Shown here piece by piece: positions 41,462-54,844 of a DNA stretch of 64,000 nucleotides. The position numbers and the translations under genes are program-made. This DNA comes from Tubiluchus corallicola (Eukaryota > Animalia > Priapulida). The notes below the pieces were generated by a model. It had not been told where the DNA came from and searched no databases. It saw nothing but the letters and a program-made list of their open reading frames with translations. The stretch's first letter is position 1, and each line of letters opens with the position of its first letter. The stretch covers positions 124,001 through 188,000 of the forward strand of contig JAQGDQ010000454.1 of NCBI GenBank assembly GCA_030141605.1, read 5' to 3'.

Positions 41462-41979
41462 CAGTGGAGACTCGTAGCTAAAATTAGTGGGCGTGGTGTT
41501 TCAGAAAATTTTTAGCCATTGTTTTAATACTGACTAAAACAACACAAACATATGTAATTTTAATGTTGTAATTTGTAGTTGTAATTTTAAACAAACAATC
41601 ATGTGAAAGTTTATACATAAACTTCATAAAATCTTAAACAAAAATATTTTTTGCTTAATAACAGTCTGAATTGTCATAGTTCAAGCCTGATCCATTCACG
41701 GTAAGCACGTGACAACTGGCAACAAACTGTGTGAGCGACAGTACTTTCTCTACCTGGGCTCAGACATGCTGCATGTGCACAACAGCCAAACACCACGTTG
41801 CTGGAGAGCACTGTGCGTGGCTGTGAAGCAAACAGTACTACCCTCACGTGCTCTGGTCCCGTATAAGGAAAGAACAGTTACTAAAGAAAAAAGACTTATT
41901 ATGTTGAATATTATTGATAATATCGAGTGAATTTAGGGTGTACTGCAGTTCCACGGTTCCTATACACGAGCCGCCACTG
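41462..41979. mobile_element. hAT-type MITE family B (CAGTGGCGG TIR); other copies at ~7221-7753, 14230-15026, 15060-15515, 38897-39394, 50392-50897
   Basis: TIRs cagtgg...ccactg with 8-bp TSD CTGATTGT. Confidence 0.85.
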
Positions 41980-42249
41980 CTGATTGTTAAGCAAATGTGA
42001 TTTTGGCGATGAATAGATTGTTTGTTTGATGCAGGTAACTGAAAACCAATCCTTGTTAAACGTTTCCATTGACTGTGTGTTTCACTGAAGGGCAAATGAA
42101 TACAATGGCGCCGATCAACATGACACAAAAGTGGCAATGTTCATCAGTTTTTACGAATTTTGAAACAGATATTTCCGTGTGGTTCGTTCATTAGAAAGCT
42201 TGACTAATAACAATGGAGTATGTAATTTAGCTCTGACTGTTTTACAGTA

Positions 42250-42710
42250 GGTATCGGAATTCATCAAGGTGGAAAATTGTCTCCACTGTTATTCAACTTA
42301 TATTTTAAAAATCTTAGAGGTCAACATGCTAACTCAGGTGTGGGTTGTCATATTGCTGAAGCCCGCATTAATCACTTGATACACGCTGACGACTATGACT
42401 TCTAGCAAAAACCTCGGCAGGTTTGGAGACACTGCTAGATATTTTTTTATAAATTTGCTATCGAATGTGAATAAGACTAAACTTGTCACGTTTCGCCCTG
42501 CCTACATGCAGCAGTTTACTTTTGGGTCTATTGTTTTACAGTGTAAAAGATTTGTGCCTAGTAAAGAAGAAAAATTTCTGGGTTATTATTTTATCGGAAG
42601 ACAATGGAGATGATTTAGATATATTACGACAATGCTCAATTTACTGTGGCAGAGCAAATAAAGTAATAAAGTACTGCAAAAGTTTACTCGCTATTCAGTT
42701 AACATGAAGA
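42250..42710 (+). pseudogene. Degenerate LINE reverse transcriptase relic (RTE/RTEX-like)
   Basis: Translates GIHQGGKLSPLLFNLY...SGVGCHI...INHLIHADD and later EKFLGY, with frameshifts. Confidence 0.75.
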
Positions 42711-42725
42711 GACAATTGTTTAGTG

Positions 42726-43120
42726 CAATAATTGTAACAGAACTACGTTAATATACAATTGCTTGGTATAGTCAGAGAAAAACTTACAAATATAGTTACA
42801 ATAATTGTAAGAGAACTACGTTAATACATTATTACTTGGTATAGTCAGAGAAAAACTTACAAATATAGTTACAATAATTGTAACAGAACTACGTTAATAC
42901 ATTATTACTTGGTATAGTCAGAGAAAAACTTGCAAATATAGTTACAATAATTGTAACAGAACTACGTTAATACACTATTACTTGGTATAGTCAGAGAGAA
43001 ACTTACAAATATAGTTACAATAATTGTAACAGAACCACGTTAATATACTATTACGAGGTATAGTCAGAGAAAAACTTACAAAAATAGTTACAATAATTGC
43101 ATCAGAACTGTGTTAATATA
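42726..43120. repeat. 73-bp tandem repeat, ~5.4 copies
   Basis: Units start at 42726, 42799, 42872, 42945, 43018, 43091. Confidence 0.92.
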
Positions 43121-44137
43121 GTTACTAAACTACATGATACTTTAACAACCACAAAATAGTTGCTTTATTGTGGTCAAGAAGAAAAGCTTGTGAAACCATC
43201 ATGACACTTGGTAAAAAACCGATAAGTTATTAAGAAAAACAATTTATAGAAAAAACAGAGAACAGCAAAGATAAGGGGTCAATTTCTTTGTTATACAAGT
43301 TTATCGTCTTTATCCTTATTCGCAACTTTAAATGTTAAATTTAGTCTTACTTAACGAAAAAAACGAGTGACAATTTATAAATTTCCTCAAGTTTCGGTTT
43401 CAAACAAATTTTAAAAATATGGCTAATGCAGATACTTTGTGAAATCGTGATGTAGGCTTATTTAAACAACAAATAAAACAGCTAGTGCCCGTCTAGCTAG
43501 CGGATGGTGAAATGCAGGCGCTAGTGCCCGTCTAGCTAGCGAATGGTGAAATGCACGTGGCGGTGAAGAACTAGTGGCGCGAACGCGAAATTGCGTTTGT
43601 GTGGTAATTGTGCTTTCACGTAAGACATTTTTGAAAAAATAGCGCGTTTCCTTTCAATATTTTAAAGAGTTTATACGTCATTTTGTAAAATAAATCAATA
43701 TATTTTGAAATCTTCATCATTTGACTGAACACAAATATTAAGATTCAAAGATACTGTAACCCATTAATCTGGACTTCATCTCTTACCATCGATTCTATCG
43801 TCTTCCTCATTTATTCAAGATAAGCAGATTGTTTCCCGGAAAATGACGGAAAGTTCAATAAAAATCGCTTCAACTAGTCCAAGACTCGAAATTATTTCTA
43901 CCGCATTTCTTAGAGTAATGTCAACCAGGCGGAATAATTGAGTCTGTCTGTCGGATAAAGATGAGTACATTACGTACAAATGTGTGAGAATAGCTAACGT
44001 CTTCCTTTTGTTGCTACCGAGTGAAGAAAGCGTCACTGTTTCTTTACTTGCTACTTCATATAGGGCCAATTTGATGTTCTTTTAGGAAAATGTATGACTT
44101 GTATGCTCTGATATGGCGTTAACGTGGACGAATAACA

Positions 44138-44590
44138 ATGCTATGTTTACATAATTGCAGCAATGCTATGTTGATATAATTGCGATTTTGAATAGCGATG
44201 CTATGTTGATATAATTGCAATTTTAAATAGCGATACTATGTTGACGTAATTGCAATTTTGAATAGCGATGCTATGTTGATATAATTACAATTTTGAATAG
44301 CGATACTATGTTGACGTAATTGCAATTTTGAATAGCGATGCTATGTTGATATAATTACAATTTTGAATAGCGATACTATGTTGACGTAATTGCAATTTTG
44401 AATAGCGATACTATGTTGACGTAATTGCAATTTTGAATAGCGATGCTATGTTGATATAATTACAATTTTGAATAGCGATACTATGTTGACGTAATTGCAG
44501 TTTTGAATAGCGATGCTATGTTGATATAATTGCAATTTTGAATAGGGATGCTATGTTGACGTAATTGCAATTTTGCATAGCGATGCCATA
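44138..44590. repeat. 35-bp minisatellite, ~13 copies, two alternating variants
   Basis: gatgctatgttgatataatt... alternates with gatactatgttgacgtaatt... Confidence 0.92.
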
Positions 44591-45488
44591 TTGCCATCAT
44601 CATCATCATCAGTGGGTGTCATTCTACAGCTGCAGTTGCATATATTGTATCAAATTTGTATATTTAATTGACTATTTTGCAGTTTAGTGAAGAAAATAAA
44701 TATAAAATAAATATTATATCTATATAATATATAAAATAATATATATATATATTAGATGCATATATATAATATTATACCTTATCATATCAAGAAAAATATA
44801 TATAAATACATATACAAGATTCGTAATATTTTATTTATCCATGGGGTGTTTAATCACATTCATTGTTAATATCAACACAGAGTTCGTGCACACAGTTCAA
44901 GTTTTTGAATCAAATCAAGTCTTAAAATTTTAAACAAAGTAGTACCGAAGTTTCATTGTCGGACAAAGTTAATGTCTGCAGGCCAAAAATTACCTAAAAA
45001 CATTGACCAATAAGGTCAATTTTGTTGCAGGTCGAAATCCACCAACGATAAGATGAAAACTGAATCAATTGGATGATAGACATAATAATCCGTTTATCCG
45101 TTTCACTAACTAGAGACTCCTAATCCCATTATTCCAGCACAGATCTTTACCTGGTACAGATTTTTTAACAAGGTCTTCAACCTGTGCAGATAGCATCTTA
45201 AAAGCTTATTGGGCAAATTTAAAAGGCATCACAAGTTTCTTTAAAACTAAATGATGATGGCGATAATCCGCCTACTTGTTATTTCCATGTATTTTTTTCT
45301 TTTGCTGTGCATTTTATTTACAATTGTCAAGTCTAATAAGTCTAAAGAAATTTAAAAAAGTCTAAAAAAGATTAAAGAAATGTAAAAGATGTTATAAGAC
45401 CAACAGCTCAAATAAGGTCAAAAACAAAATTATGATTTTTTACTTTTTACAATATGGATAAGATAGAATAAATCATTATATTACAGAA

Positions 45489-45874
45489 CGAGCCTTTTCA
45501 CAGTTCTAGCGATTGATGATGACCGTGAGAAGGTCAAAGGTTAATTGTACCAGACAACGCGTTTGTGTACACTTGACAATGCCTTGCTATTTTAATAGTA
45601 ATTAAGAAAAGGGACGAATGCTAACTATAGAACCTTACGTAGTTCATTTTTTCTTGTTCCCAAGTAAGATCCTGCTAGTAAATCACTCTAAGCACAGACT
45701 AATGCGTAATTAAATAAAGTCAACGTAAAAAAACAACTGAAGTTACAGAACTGGGTCTTGCTTTACACACACATGTCACGTGACGGTTGTAGCTAAGACG
45801 CGTTATTGTGGTACACTTAGCCTTTGACATACAGCAGCTACTCGTGCGCACAACAAAACCGTGAAAATGCTTAT
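45489..45874. mobile_element. MITE family E (AATAAGCCTTTTCACAGTT TIR); copies at ~2291-2608, 6536-6930, 34735-35411
   Basis: Inverted termini and shared internal sequence. Confidence 0.7.
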
Positions 45875-45985
45875 TAATGGGAAAACAAGTGATGTGCGTG
45901 TCAGAAATTAAATATCATTTAAGAATATAAACATAATGTAAGTATTGCGTTATAATTAAGAGAAATGCAGTAGAAATCCCTTTAA

Positions 45986-46499
45986 AGGAAAACCGGATGA
46001 TTGTTTAGACTCAATCTCATTTTAATTTACTGTCCGAAATATACGTTTTCTTGCCCATGAAAGTTAACAGTTGTTCCTTATATTTGAATAATTAGTTTAG
46101 AAAGTTAATTAACGGCAACCGAACCATGCTAATGCGGCGTCTTCACTTGCGCGTCAAGCTCGTTTGCATAGGTGTTACAGTACTGCTTAAACGCATGATG
46201 TCACGAAAAATGGGCTCTACATCATATGACGTCAGAAACTAACACTGCAGTTCATGATCATGGTTATCACGGTTACCGCCTTCTATTTGTCGGCCACGCG
46301 AATGTGACAAAAAGCCACCGTTGCCGATCTTAGTAGGTTCATTAAGCCGCGCGTAGCTTTGAAAGTTTAACGAAATTTGAGTATCCGAGGTAATTATTAT
46401 TTAATCCAAGCTTTGATTAAAAAAAAGCTATTGTAGTTTTCAATATTTTAGAGCATTCCTTATTCTGAACTAATGTTTACACAATCATCCGGTCTCCTT
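45986..46499. mobile_element. TTAA-flanked MITE (AGGAAAACCGGATGATTG TIR); inverted sister copy at 47487-48021
   Basis: TIRs and TTAA flanks on both copies. Confidence 0.8.
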
Positions 46500-49400
46500 T
46501 TAAGAAAAAAACTAGTGGTGCTAAAAAGAAGAACTGTCGAATGCTTGTTGAAATATAATGTGAAAAGAAAAATTTGACCAGTTAAATAAAAACATCCTAC
46601 ATGAATTAATTAGCAACATTTCAAGTAACTGGCTTAATCGTCAACAAACTTGAGAATTTTTTCATCTACTTAATATACCAATAGCCCAAAACAGTGTATG
46701 TTTTTAATTAAACTAACACTGATTGTCTGTCTTTTTTATTATGATGGCCAATGTTTTTAAAAAAGCAAAATGAAGATTATACTACATCTATTACTACATA
46801 GTTTGATTGCATCTACAATCACAACAGAGTATCGTATTGGTATATCACTATCGTATATAACGTATTGGTATATCACTTACTGCTCTCATTTCTGGCAAGC
46901 ACAATGTTTATTATGTTATCATCTATCTTTAGTAAGTTATTTAATTCGAAACAGTTGAAAATGTAGCAACTCTTTATACTCTGTATTGACTGTAATCAGA
47001 TTATATTTTTTGTAGGTGTAAAAAGTCTCGGTGCTGGTGACGAGTTACTCGAAACGTTGTTGACAATTTTGTGTGGATTTATATGAAGCGGCGTGTCAGA
47101 TTTTGTTGTCATGTATCGTTGGGACATAGCTTAATCTGATATACTGATATGAGCCAAAATAATCTTGACGCACTGACATTGAGGAATAGTATCTGCAAGA
47201 GCATTATTTTGTTTGCTTAGTTTTTTTAATTATGAAAAGAAATTTACATATACTCTTTCCAAAGTTGTGCAATCACTGCTAACTATTTGAAAAACATGGA
47301 GTCAATTAAATATGACAGTATAATTGCTGTTTAGTTCAGAGGGTTTACTATTAAAATGAGATCTTTGTGATAGCCTGCACTGGTAGTAAAAAAACATTAA
47401 AGGAAAACATGATGAGTTTTCATATACCACCTCATAAAATGTTTAATTCTATGTTTCAGGAGACTATCAAAGTGCTTAATTCTTAAGAGAAAACCGGATG
47501 ATTGTGTAAACATTAGAATAAATAATGCTCTAAAATATTAAAAACTACAATAGCATTTTTTAACCAAAGCTTACATTAAATAATAATTACCTCGGATACT
47601 CAAATTTTGTTAAACTTTCAAAGCTACTCGTGGCTCAGTGAATCTACTAAGATTTTCAACGGCGCCTTTTTGTCACATTCGCGTGACTGACAAATAGAAG
47701 GTGACACCGTGATAACCATGATCATGTACTGCTGTGTTAGTTTCTGACGTCATATGACGCAGAGCCCATTTTCGTGTTTAAGCAATACTGTAACTCTTCC
47801 GCAAACGTGCTTGACGCGCAAGGAAAGCTGCCTACCATTGCACAAACTGTTAGTTTCTGACGTATGCAATAGCAATAGCTGTGTTCGGTTGCTGTTAATT
47901 AACTTTCTAAGCTAATTATTCAAATATAAGAAACAATTGCTAACTTTTATAGGCAAGAAAACGTATATTTTGGGTAGAAAATTAAAATGGGATTGAGTCT
48001 AGACAATCATCCGGTTTTCCTTTAATAAATAATAATAATTAATTCTATGTTCTCTCACCTTGACGCTATTACAAATGTCTTTAAAAACCTGCAAATTTTA
48101 TACGCAGTTTAAAGAAATAGAGCACTTCTAAAATTATTATTTTGTTAAAAAAGACATGCGGTGGCAAATTAGTCTCTTATCTCACAGATATCTAAATCTA
48201 GATTTTACTGTTTCTTTCATTTTGTACTTTATATTTTCTTGGTGTGTTTGTTCTACTACACATATTGTATGAATATATGTAAGGTGGCAGCATCGTTGTA
48301 ACACTGTATTTTCACATGTATATATGAAAGGTCAGTGACTATGACATGACGACCCAGGCAAAGTTCCCAATGCCCTCTACATATATATATATAGTTACTA
48401 ATTTTGTAAGGGTTTACGAAGCAGTAGAGAAATCAAATAAGATAAAAATATAACGAGAAACCCCTCACTTCGGGCATGTTGTAATGCAGCTGGGGCAAGT
48501 TGAAACGGTGGTAATTGTTTCATTTGGCAAAATAAGAATTTTCACATTTCCAGTGACTGATGGTGATGGTGAAAAGGTCAAAGGTTAAATGTACCAGACA
48601 ATGCATTTGTGTTCACTTGACAACACCTCGCAGTAACAGTTACTTTTATAGTGTTGAGTCTTATTTATTTAAACTGTTAATTATACTGAATATCAATGTT
48701 AATATATTTTATATTATGAAATTATAATTTCATTTACATTCCATTTTGAGTTTTAGTGCTCATATAGACCACGATCGTATGTGTAAATGTTTCATATAGA
48801 AGACTTTTGCTATGCCAATTTTGTAGGTTAGCTTTTTATTATTATTTACAACATTTCGATACTTTGGGTACTACACTTCCCATATTATTATAATAATGGT
48901 GAGATATTTTTTGTAGCCCTAATTACTCGAGCTAATAATTTACTATAATTTATTATTTTATAGATTAAATGATGGTATTAAAAATTAAAAATCTTTTTTT
49001 TTCTATTTCACACTACGAGATTGTTAATTCAGATAAAATTAAAATGGTTAATGAAAATTACAAATTCATTTCATTAAAATCTGCAATACAAATGAGCGTC
49101 AAAAATACAGTGATATAAAGTAGCTACAAAAGGAACACATTTCGATAATAAAATAAAACATTAAAAATTAAATTGAGGAACCACAAAGACAACATAAAAA
49201 TGATATTCTTATGTTGAAACGTTTCAAATGAACCTCGGCTATCGTCAGTCTACATAACTGCCGTGACTTATAAAGCAATGTACTATTAAATACCTCAGAT
49301 AAATGACCATATGGGTTGGATTTTTGCTTTATAGGTCACAGCAGTTGTGCTGACTGATGACAAGCGAGGTTTGCTCGAAATGTTTCAAAAAAATGTTGAG

Positions 49401-49774
49401 ACTTTTTTCATTGTCCTTGGCATTTCTCTTCTTAGTAAATTTAAAATTCTCAACCAGCAAAAATTTGTTTAAAACTCCAATAACTTGAAGTAAATACAGA
49501 ATTCTTCACTTCAAAGTGTTCTTCATGTACAAGCGATTTCATTTACATTTCCTAACAAAATAGACGGAAGTTTAATTATTCTCATCTTCAAATTCTTTTG
49601 TGAAACGTGAGGCTAAATTAAAGGTGAAACGAATAACTGACATTGTTTGTGCTCACCCGCTGAAGTTAGACAATTTGGAGCTCGATGGATAATTAGTGGG
49701 TGACCACCAGAAAAACTAGTTCATTCTTAAGATTCATTAAGAAACTAAATATGTTTCCATAATCAGTTATAACG

Positions 49775-50334
49775 CTATCCTGTTTTTGCAGAACGCTGGT
49801 TATAAGAATGTGGAGTATAAACATATGGTTGATACTCCTTTGCGGTTTGCAGGAATGGATATTTTACTTCCTTAAATGACGTCACGGGTGGTTTTTGCTT
49901 CAGTTGTTGTTTTTGTTGTTGTGGCTGTTGTTGTTTCTGCTTCTGGTTCAAAACATTCTTGTAAACACGCCCTGGATATTCCTGGACATTGGTCTGGGAA
50001 GGATGTCTCAAAACGTTCTGCGTCAAAGGAACCTGTGTCTTTTGTAGCTGACCATGTTGTTGAGATTGCAGTTGCCTGAGTTGTTCGAAGTGATTAAACG
50101 CATTTCTGATCAGTGGTTGTTGCTGAACTGGGATATGTTCCCTGACGATATCGGGAATAATCCCCTCTCGGTCATCAATGTCCAGCTCTCCGTGTACATA
50201 GCGCTTCAACACATCCTGACCATCAAGCGGACGTGATTGATGGTGTCCATAGACTCCAGGAGATTGTTGGTCTTCGTTTTTCTTTTCATACTCATCTGGG
50301 TAGATATGAACCACATAAAGACGTGACGGATCAC
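49775..50334 (-). CDS. Short-collagen gene copy 2, last coding exon
   Basis: ctgtag| acceptor; (G)DPSRLYVVHIYPDEYEKK...DVLKRYVHGELDIDDREGIIPD...AKTG*. Confidence 0.85.
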
Positions 50335-51982
50335 CTACAGTGAAACAAAAAAACGTGTTTTACCTTTATTTTTTATTATTACAATTATTATCAGTGGCGG
50401 TTCGTGTATAGGTACTGTGGAACTGCAGTACCCCCCATTTTCACTCAATATTATGGGTAATATTCAATATAATAAGTCTTTTTTCGTTAGTTCTTTCTTT
50501 ATACTTGTACGGAACCAGAGCACGTGAGGGTAGTACTGTTTGCTTCACAGCCCAGCACAGTAGCTCCAGCAAAGTGGTGTTTGCCTGTTGTGCGCATGCG
50601 AGAATGTGCATATGTCTGAGCCCAGGTAGAGGAAGTATTATCGCTCACACAGTTTGTTGTCAGTTATCACGTGCTTACCGTGAATGAGTCAAGCTTGAAC
50701 TGCGACAATTTAGGCTATTAGTAAGCAAAAAACCCTTTTTTAGGATTTTATCAAGTTTATGTATAAACTTTCACATGTTTGTTCGTTTTAAATTACAATT
50801 ACAACATTATAATTACGTATGTTTGTTTAGTATTAAAACAATGGCTAAAAATTGTCTGAAGCAGCACCCCCACTAAGTTTAACTTTGGGCCGTCACTGGT
50901 TATTATTAATATTAATATCAATGACATTACAACCCTCCAGGGTGGGCCACTCACTAACCAAAAACATATTTTTAATCTGATTGACAAAATGCAGTAATTT
51001 TAAATTTTTCTGAGTTAGTGACATGTGCGCTACGCATACTCTGATTATTTTTTCAAACTTTACAGAACGTTATACAAACTTTTTTCAAATGATTTATCGT
51101 CAAAATGGCTGCATCTAACGGCCATCGCTGGAATTTACATTTACACGTTTTATACAGCGTTACTGCCGACACAAGTCCTGTATGCAAAAAGGCAATACGT
51201 AATTGGTGTAAAATTTCAAGACGAATTTCTTAAGCTTTGTGTAAGTGGAGGGTTTTCTTGTGATATAAGAAGCTGTATTAAAAACAAACTTAGAAGAAAC
51301 ATTACAATTACTTATTTAAAAAAAATTAAAAACAAAATGTCAACACTAGAACAATGATAATAACAAAAATTACGTAAAGTAGCTCTTATGATTGTTTCAT
51401 TTCTTATTTTCCTGTTCTTAATCTGTTTGCATGCAAAGTCATTTTTGATTGGGACTGATTAATAATAGAAAGTTTATCTATGTACCCTAATAAGATTTTC
51501 TTTAATGTACAAAGCTGTTCAATTCCTTTAACTTTATTTTTAAACACTTAGCTATTTGTTACTGTATCAATTTCTTTACTGGTCTACGTAATCATGACCT
51601 ATTTGGCCTTTGTAAATACATAATTAGGGCTTAAGTTACTTTATCAATTTCTTTACAGGTCTGCTTGTTCATGACATATTTGGCTTCTCTTAACTACTTA
51701 GTTAGTGCCTAAAGGCTCTGCCTATATAAACTGGTTGTATGTTTGTAAATTTACCACTGATGATGACAGCAGCAGCTTGTTAAAACCTTTGGCATGGTTT
51801 TAATTTAACTTAATGTAACTTACATTTTAATGCAAAAGTTTTAATAAAGTTGTGTTGTTTTTAACTATAAAAGTCATTTTTGTTTTTTATTTAGTTTTCG
51901 TCTTCTTCTTTATGTTGCTTTGTTATTCAGCTTACAATTCCCTATGGCTCTATATAAAATGCTGTTTTTTCATAAAAGTTAC

Positions 51983-52153
51983 CTGGCCATCCTGGAAGGC
52001 CCGGATGTCCTGGTAGGCCCAATAGGCCTAGCGGTCCTGGAGGTCCGGAAGAGCCTGAGCTACCTGGTGGCCCAGGTGCACCAGATGGCCCTGAAGGTCC
52101 CGACGGACCTGATGGTCCTGATGCTCCTGAAGGGCCCGGTGGACCCGAGGGAC
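51983..52153 (-). CDS. Short-collagen gene copy 2, collagen exon (CPS plus 18 Gly-X-Y)
   Basis: ttccag|...G|gtaact; 171 nt as in copy 1; [12 protein letters not shown]...[10 protein letters not shown]. Confidence 0.9.
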
Positions 52154-52651
52154 CTGGAAGAAAAATAAGTAGGTATAAGCTACTTGCTCTGTTGCAATTT
52201 CTACTTGACGTTGTTTCTTTGTTTCAACACTTCGTTGCTGTTATAGTTATTAATCATGGAAAGTTTTCTGGTGATTTCTTTTTTTTTGAAAGAAAACAAC
52301 CTCAGCAACCATGTCCCAATGGCAATGTTCAATAATCATCATGATTTTTTAACTAAGTCCCTGTGACAAATTTCTATAGCCATCGTGATATCTCAACCTC
52401 TCACGGAGAAATGTTCTATAACAATTGCGATGTCTGGGACCTTGTTACAATGATACTGTTCTATACTGATTGTGATTTCTGGAACAATGTCACAGTAAAA
52501 TGTTCTGTAACATTGTAATCTCTGCGATGGATCATGCCGCTGTGATACTGTTCCATAGTAAATGTGATCTCTACAACGAGTTCTAGATCACCCATAGCAA
52601 AGTATTAATGGGCGGCCGGTAACATGACCCATAACCATGACCCAGTTCCTT

Positions 52652-53111
52652 TGCCACTAACTGCCAAGTCTCCTAGTCTTACTGTCACTAATTGTCAAGT
52701 CTCCTAGTCTCTCTGCCACTAACTGCCAAGTCTCCTAGTCTTTCTGCCGCTAACTGCCAAGTCTCCTAGTCTCTCTGCCACTAACTGCCAAGTCTCCTAG
52801 TCTCACTGCCACTAACTGCCAAGTCTCCTAGTCTCTCTGCCACTAACTGCCAAGTCTCCTAGTCTCTCTGCAACTAATTGCCAAGTCTCCTAGTCTCTCT
52901 GCCACTAACTGCCAAGTCTCCTAGTCTTACTGTCACTAATCGTCAAGTCTCCTAGTCTTACTGTCACTAATTGTCAAGTCTTCTAGTCTCACTGTCACTA
53001 ATTGTCAAATCTCCTAGTCTCTCTGCCACTAACTGCCAAGTCTCCTAGTCTCTCTGCCACTAACTGCCAAGTCTCCTAGTCTCTCTGCCACTAACTGCCA
53101 AGTCTCCTAGT
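52652..53111. repeat. 31-bp minisatellite, ~15 copies, in intron 2 of copy 2
   Basis: (ctctctgccactaactgccaagtctcctagt)n. Confidence 0.92.
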
Positions 53112-53197
53112 TTTGTTTTCAACCAGGTCATGTTAGACTAAGATATGAGTAGAGGTTGATTATTATTTTTAGCTGAAACAATATACAAGCTACTTAC

Positions 53198-53315
53198 AAA
53201 TGATTTCAACTTCACAGTTAACCAGTTCCACAGAAAACAAGAAAACGAGGAAACCAGCGTTTATTGCTAATTTCCGAATTATTGTCTTGTTTGTAGCACA
53301 TTTGCTGCCGCTCAT
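53198..53315 (-). CDS. Short-collagen gene copy 2, first coding exon: signal peptide only, no acidic domain
   Basis: MSGSKCATNKTIIRKLAINAGFLVFLFSVELVNCEVEII, then T|gtaagt. Spliced CDS is 118+171+560 = 849 nt, 282 aa, in frame. Confidence 0.85.
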
Positions 53316-54176
53316 TTTGACTGGAAAAAAGATATATTTTTAGTTAATGTCATCGATTGAGTGCCTGGAATTGCTTTTTAATTTTAACGAAAATTACACA
53401 TTATTTTTACAAACTTCTTACATCAGCGTAAACGTGCTCATTTTTGGATAATTATTTTGCTGTTATTTCAAAGCATGAAATTTGTTACATAAACGGTTTT
53501 CATAAAGGCAGACAGAATGATTTTTTTCATATACTTCCCCATTTTCAAGTCAGATAAAAACTATACTTTTAACACAATTTATACTGCAAAAGCGTTTCTG
53601 CTAATTAAATAACAGATTAAAAAGTTAATTAGCGGCGGACAAGCCCAACTATTGATGACATCACAAACTAACATAATTTTCAACAGGAAAAAACCCACGA
53701 GCGTTTTTCTTTATCTGCAAAGACAAAATTTTCTTTACATTTCATGCACATCTTTCAATTTCTGACAGAGTGTCCTTACAGTACACCCATAATTTTTTAA
53801 CTCCTTGAAATGCACTGCGTACCCTGTATATAAAAATCATTAGTTTATGAAAAGCGAAAAAAGTAAAAAAAGTAATAAGTAAGTATAGAAGTTACTCCCA
53901 GACTATCATAAGAAGAACTGAAATAGCAAACGAATTTAAAAATAAATAATTCGGACCAGCCGCAAAGAAACATGGACGTCTATCTGTTCCCGCCAAAACA
54001 TTTCAGTTGACTACAGTTAGTACAATATCTGCAAGCGCATCTCAAAATTTATTTTGAAATTTTAATCGCTAATGGCTAACCATCAATTTAATATTTCATT
54101 AAATAAATTTGACGTCTTTTTTCTTGTATATAAGAAGCACATGCAGGTTACAATATTTCTAATAAAGTTTCCGAAT

Positions 54177-54212
<36 letters not shown>

Positions 54213-54265
54213 TCTATCTTTCTCTCTCTCTTTCTCTCTCTCTCTTCCTCTCTCTCTCTCTCTCC

Positions 54266-54324
<59 letters not shown>

Positions 54325-54422
54325 ACTTTCTCTCTCTCTATCTTTCTCTCTCTTTCTCTCTCTCTCTCTTCCTCTCTCTCTCTCTCTCTCTCTCTCCCCT
54401 TCTCTCTCTCTTTCTCTCTCTC
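54177..54422. repeat. (CT)n tract in intron 1 of copy 2; homologous tract at 35500-35700; (GA)n tract at 40780-40965
   Basis: Direct reading. Confidence 0.9.
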
Positions 54423-54472
54423 TTGTCTTTTTTCTTTCACAGTTTTCTTAACAAATAAATAAACCAACTCAC

Positions 54473-54720
54473 CGTTTTATTGAACTGTTATGCCTGATGA
54501 ACCTTGCAAATATCACTCCTCGATTTTGAAAACTAACAATGGTGCTGCTACCTCACGCCATCAGAACAGTAACTAATTTGCGAACATTACCGTGCGCCTT
54601 TTACACGACACGCCACGTGGCCAAGACTCCATGACAGCGGTTGACTTTTTAAACAGAGATAATTACGTAAAGTTTTATCAGTAAAATCTGTTTTTGCGGC
54701 TTAGTGATATCTCTCTCGTG
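54473..54720 (-). promoter_or_regulatory. Copy 2 non-coding exon 1 (about 54574-54473) and core promoter
   Basis: Donor AAACG|gtgag. TGTAAAAG and TTAGTT are spaced as in copy 1. CCACGTGG E-box and TTACGTAA bZIP-type site upstream. Confidence 0.6.
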
Positions 54721-54844
54721 TAAGTATCGTGTAAGGTGGCACTGCATTTACTTGACCTCACAGAAAGAGCTGATTTTTTTAAATTGACTTCACAAATTAG
54801 ATGTGGCAAAGACCTACATAGATAGAGAATACCGGATATATTAA

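Noticed and set aside
52652-53111. CRISPR-like appearance of the 31-bp array (also the 35-, 73- and 87-bp arrays)
   Set aside because: Head-to-tail units with no unique spacers, no cas genes, eukaryotic context.
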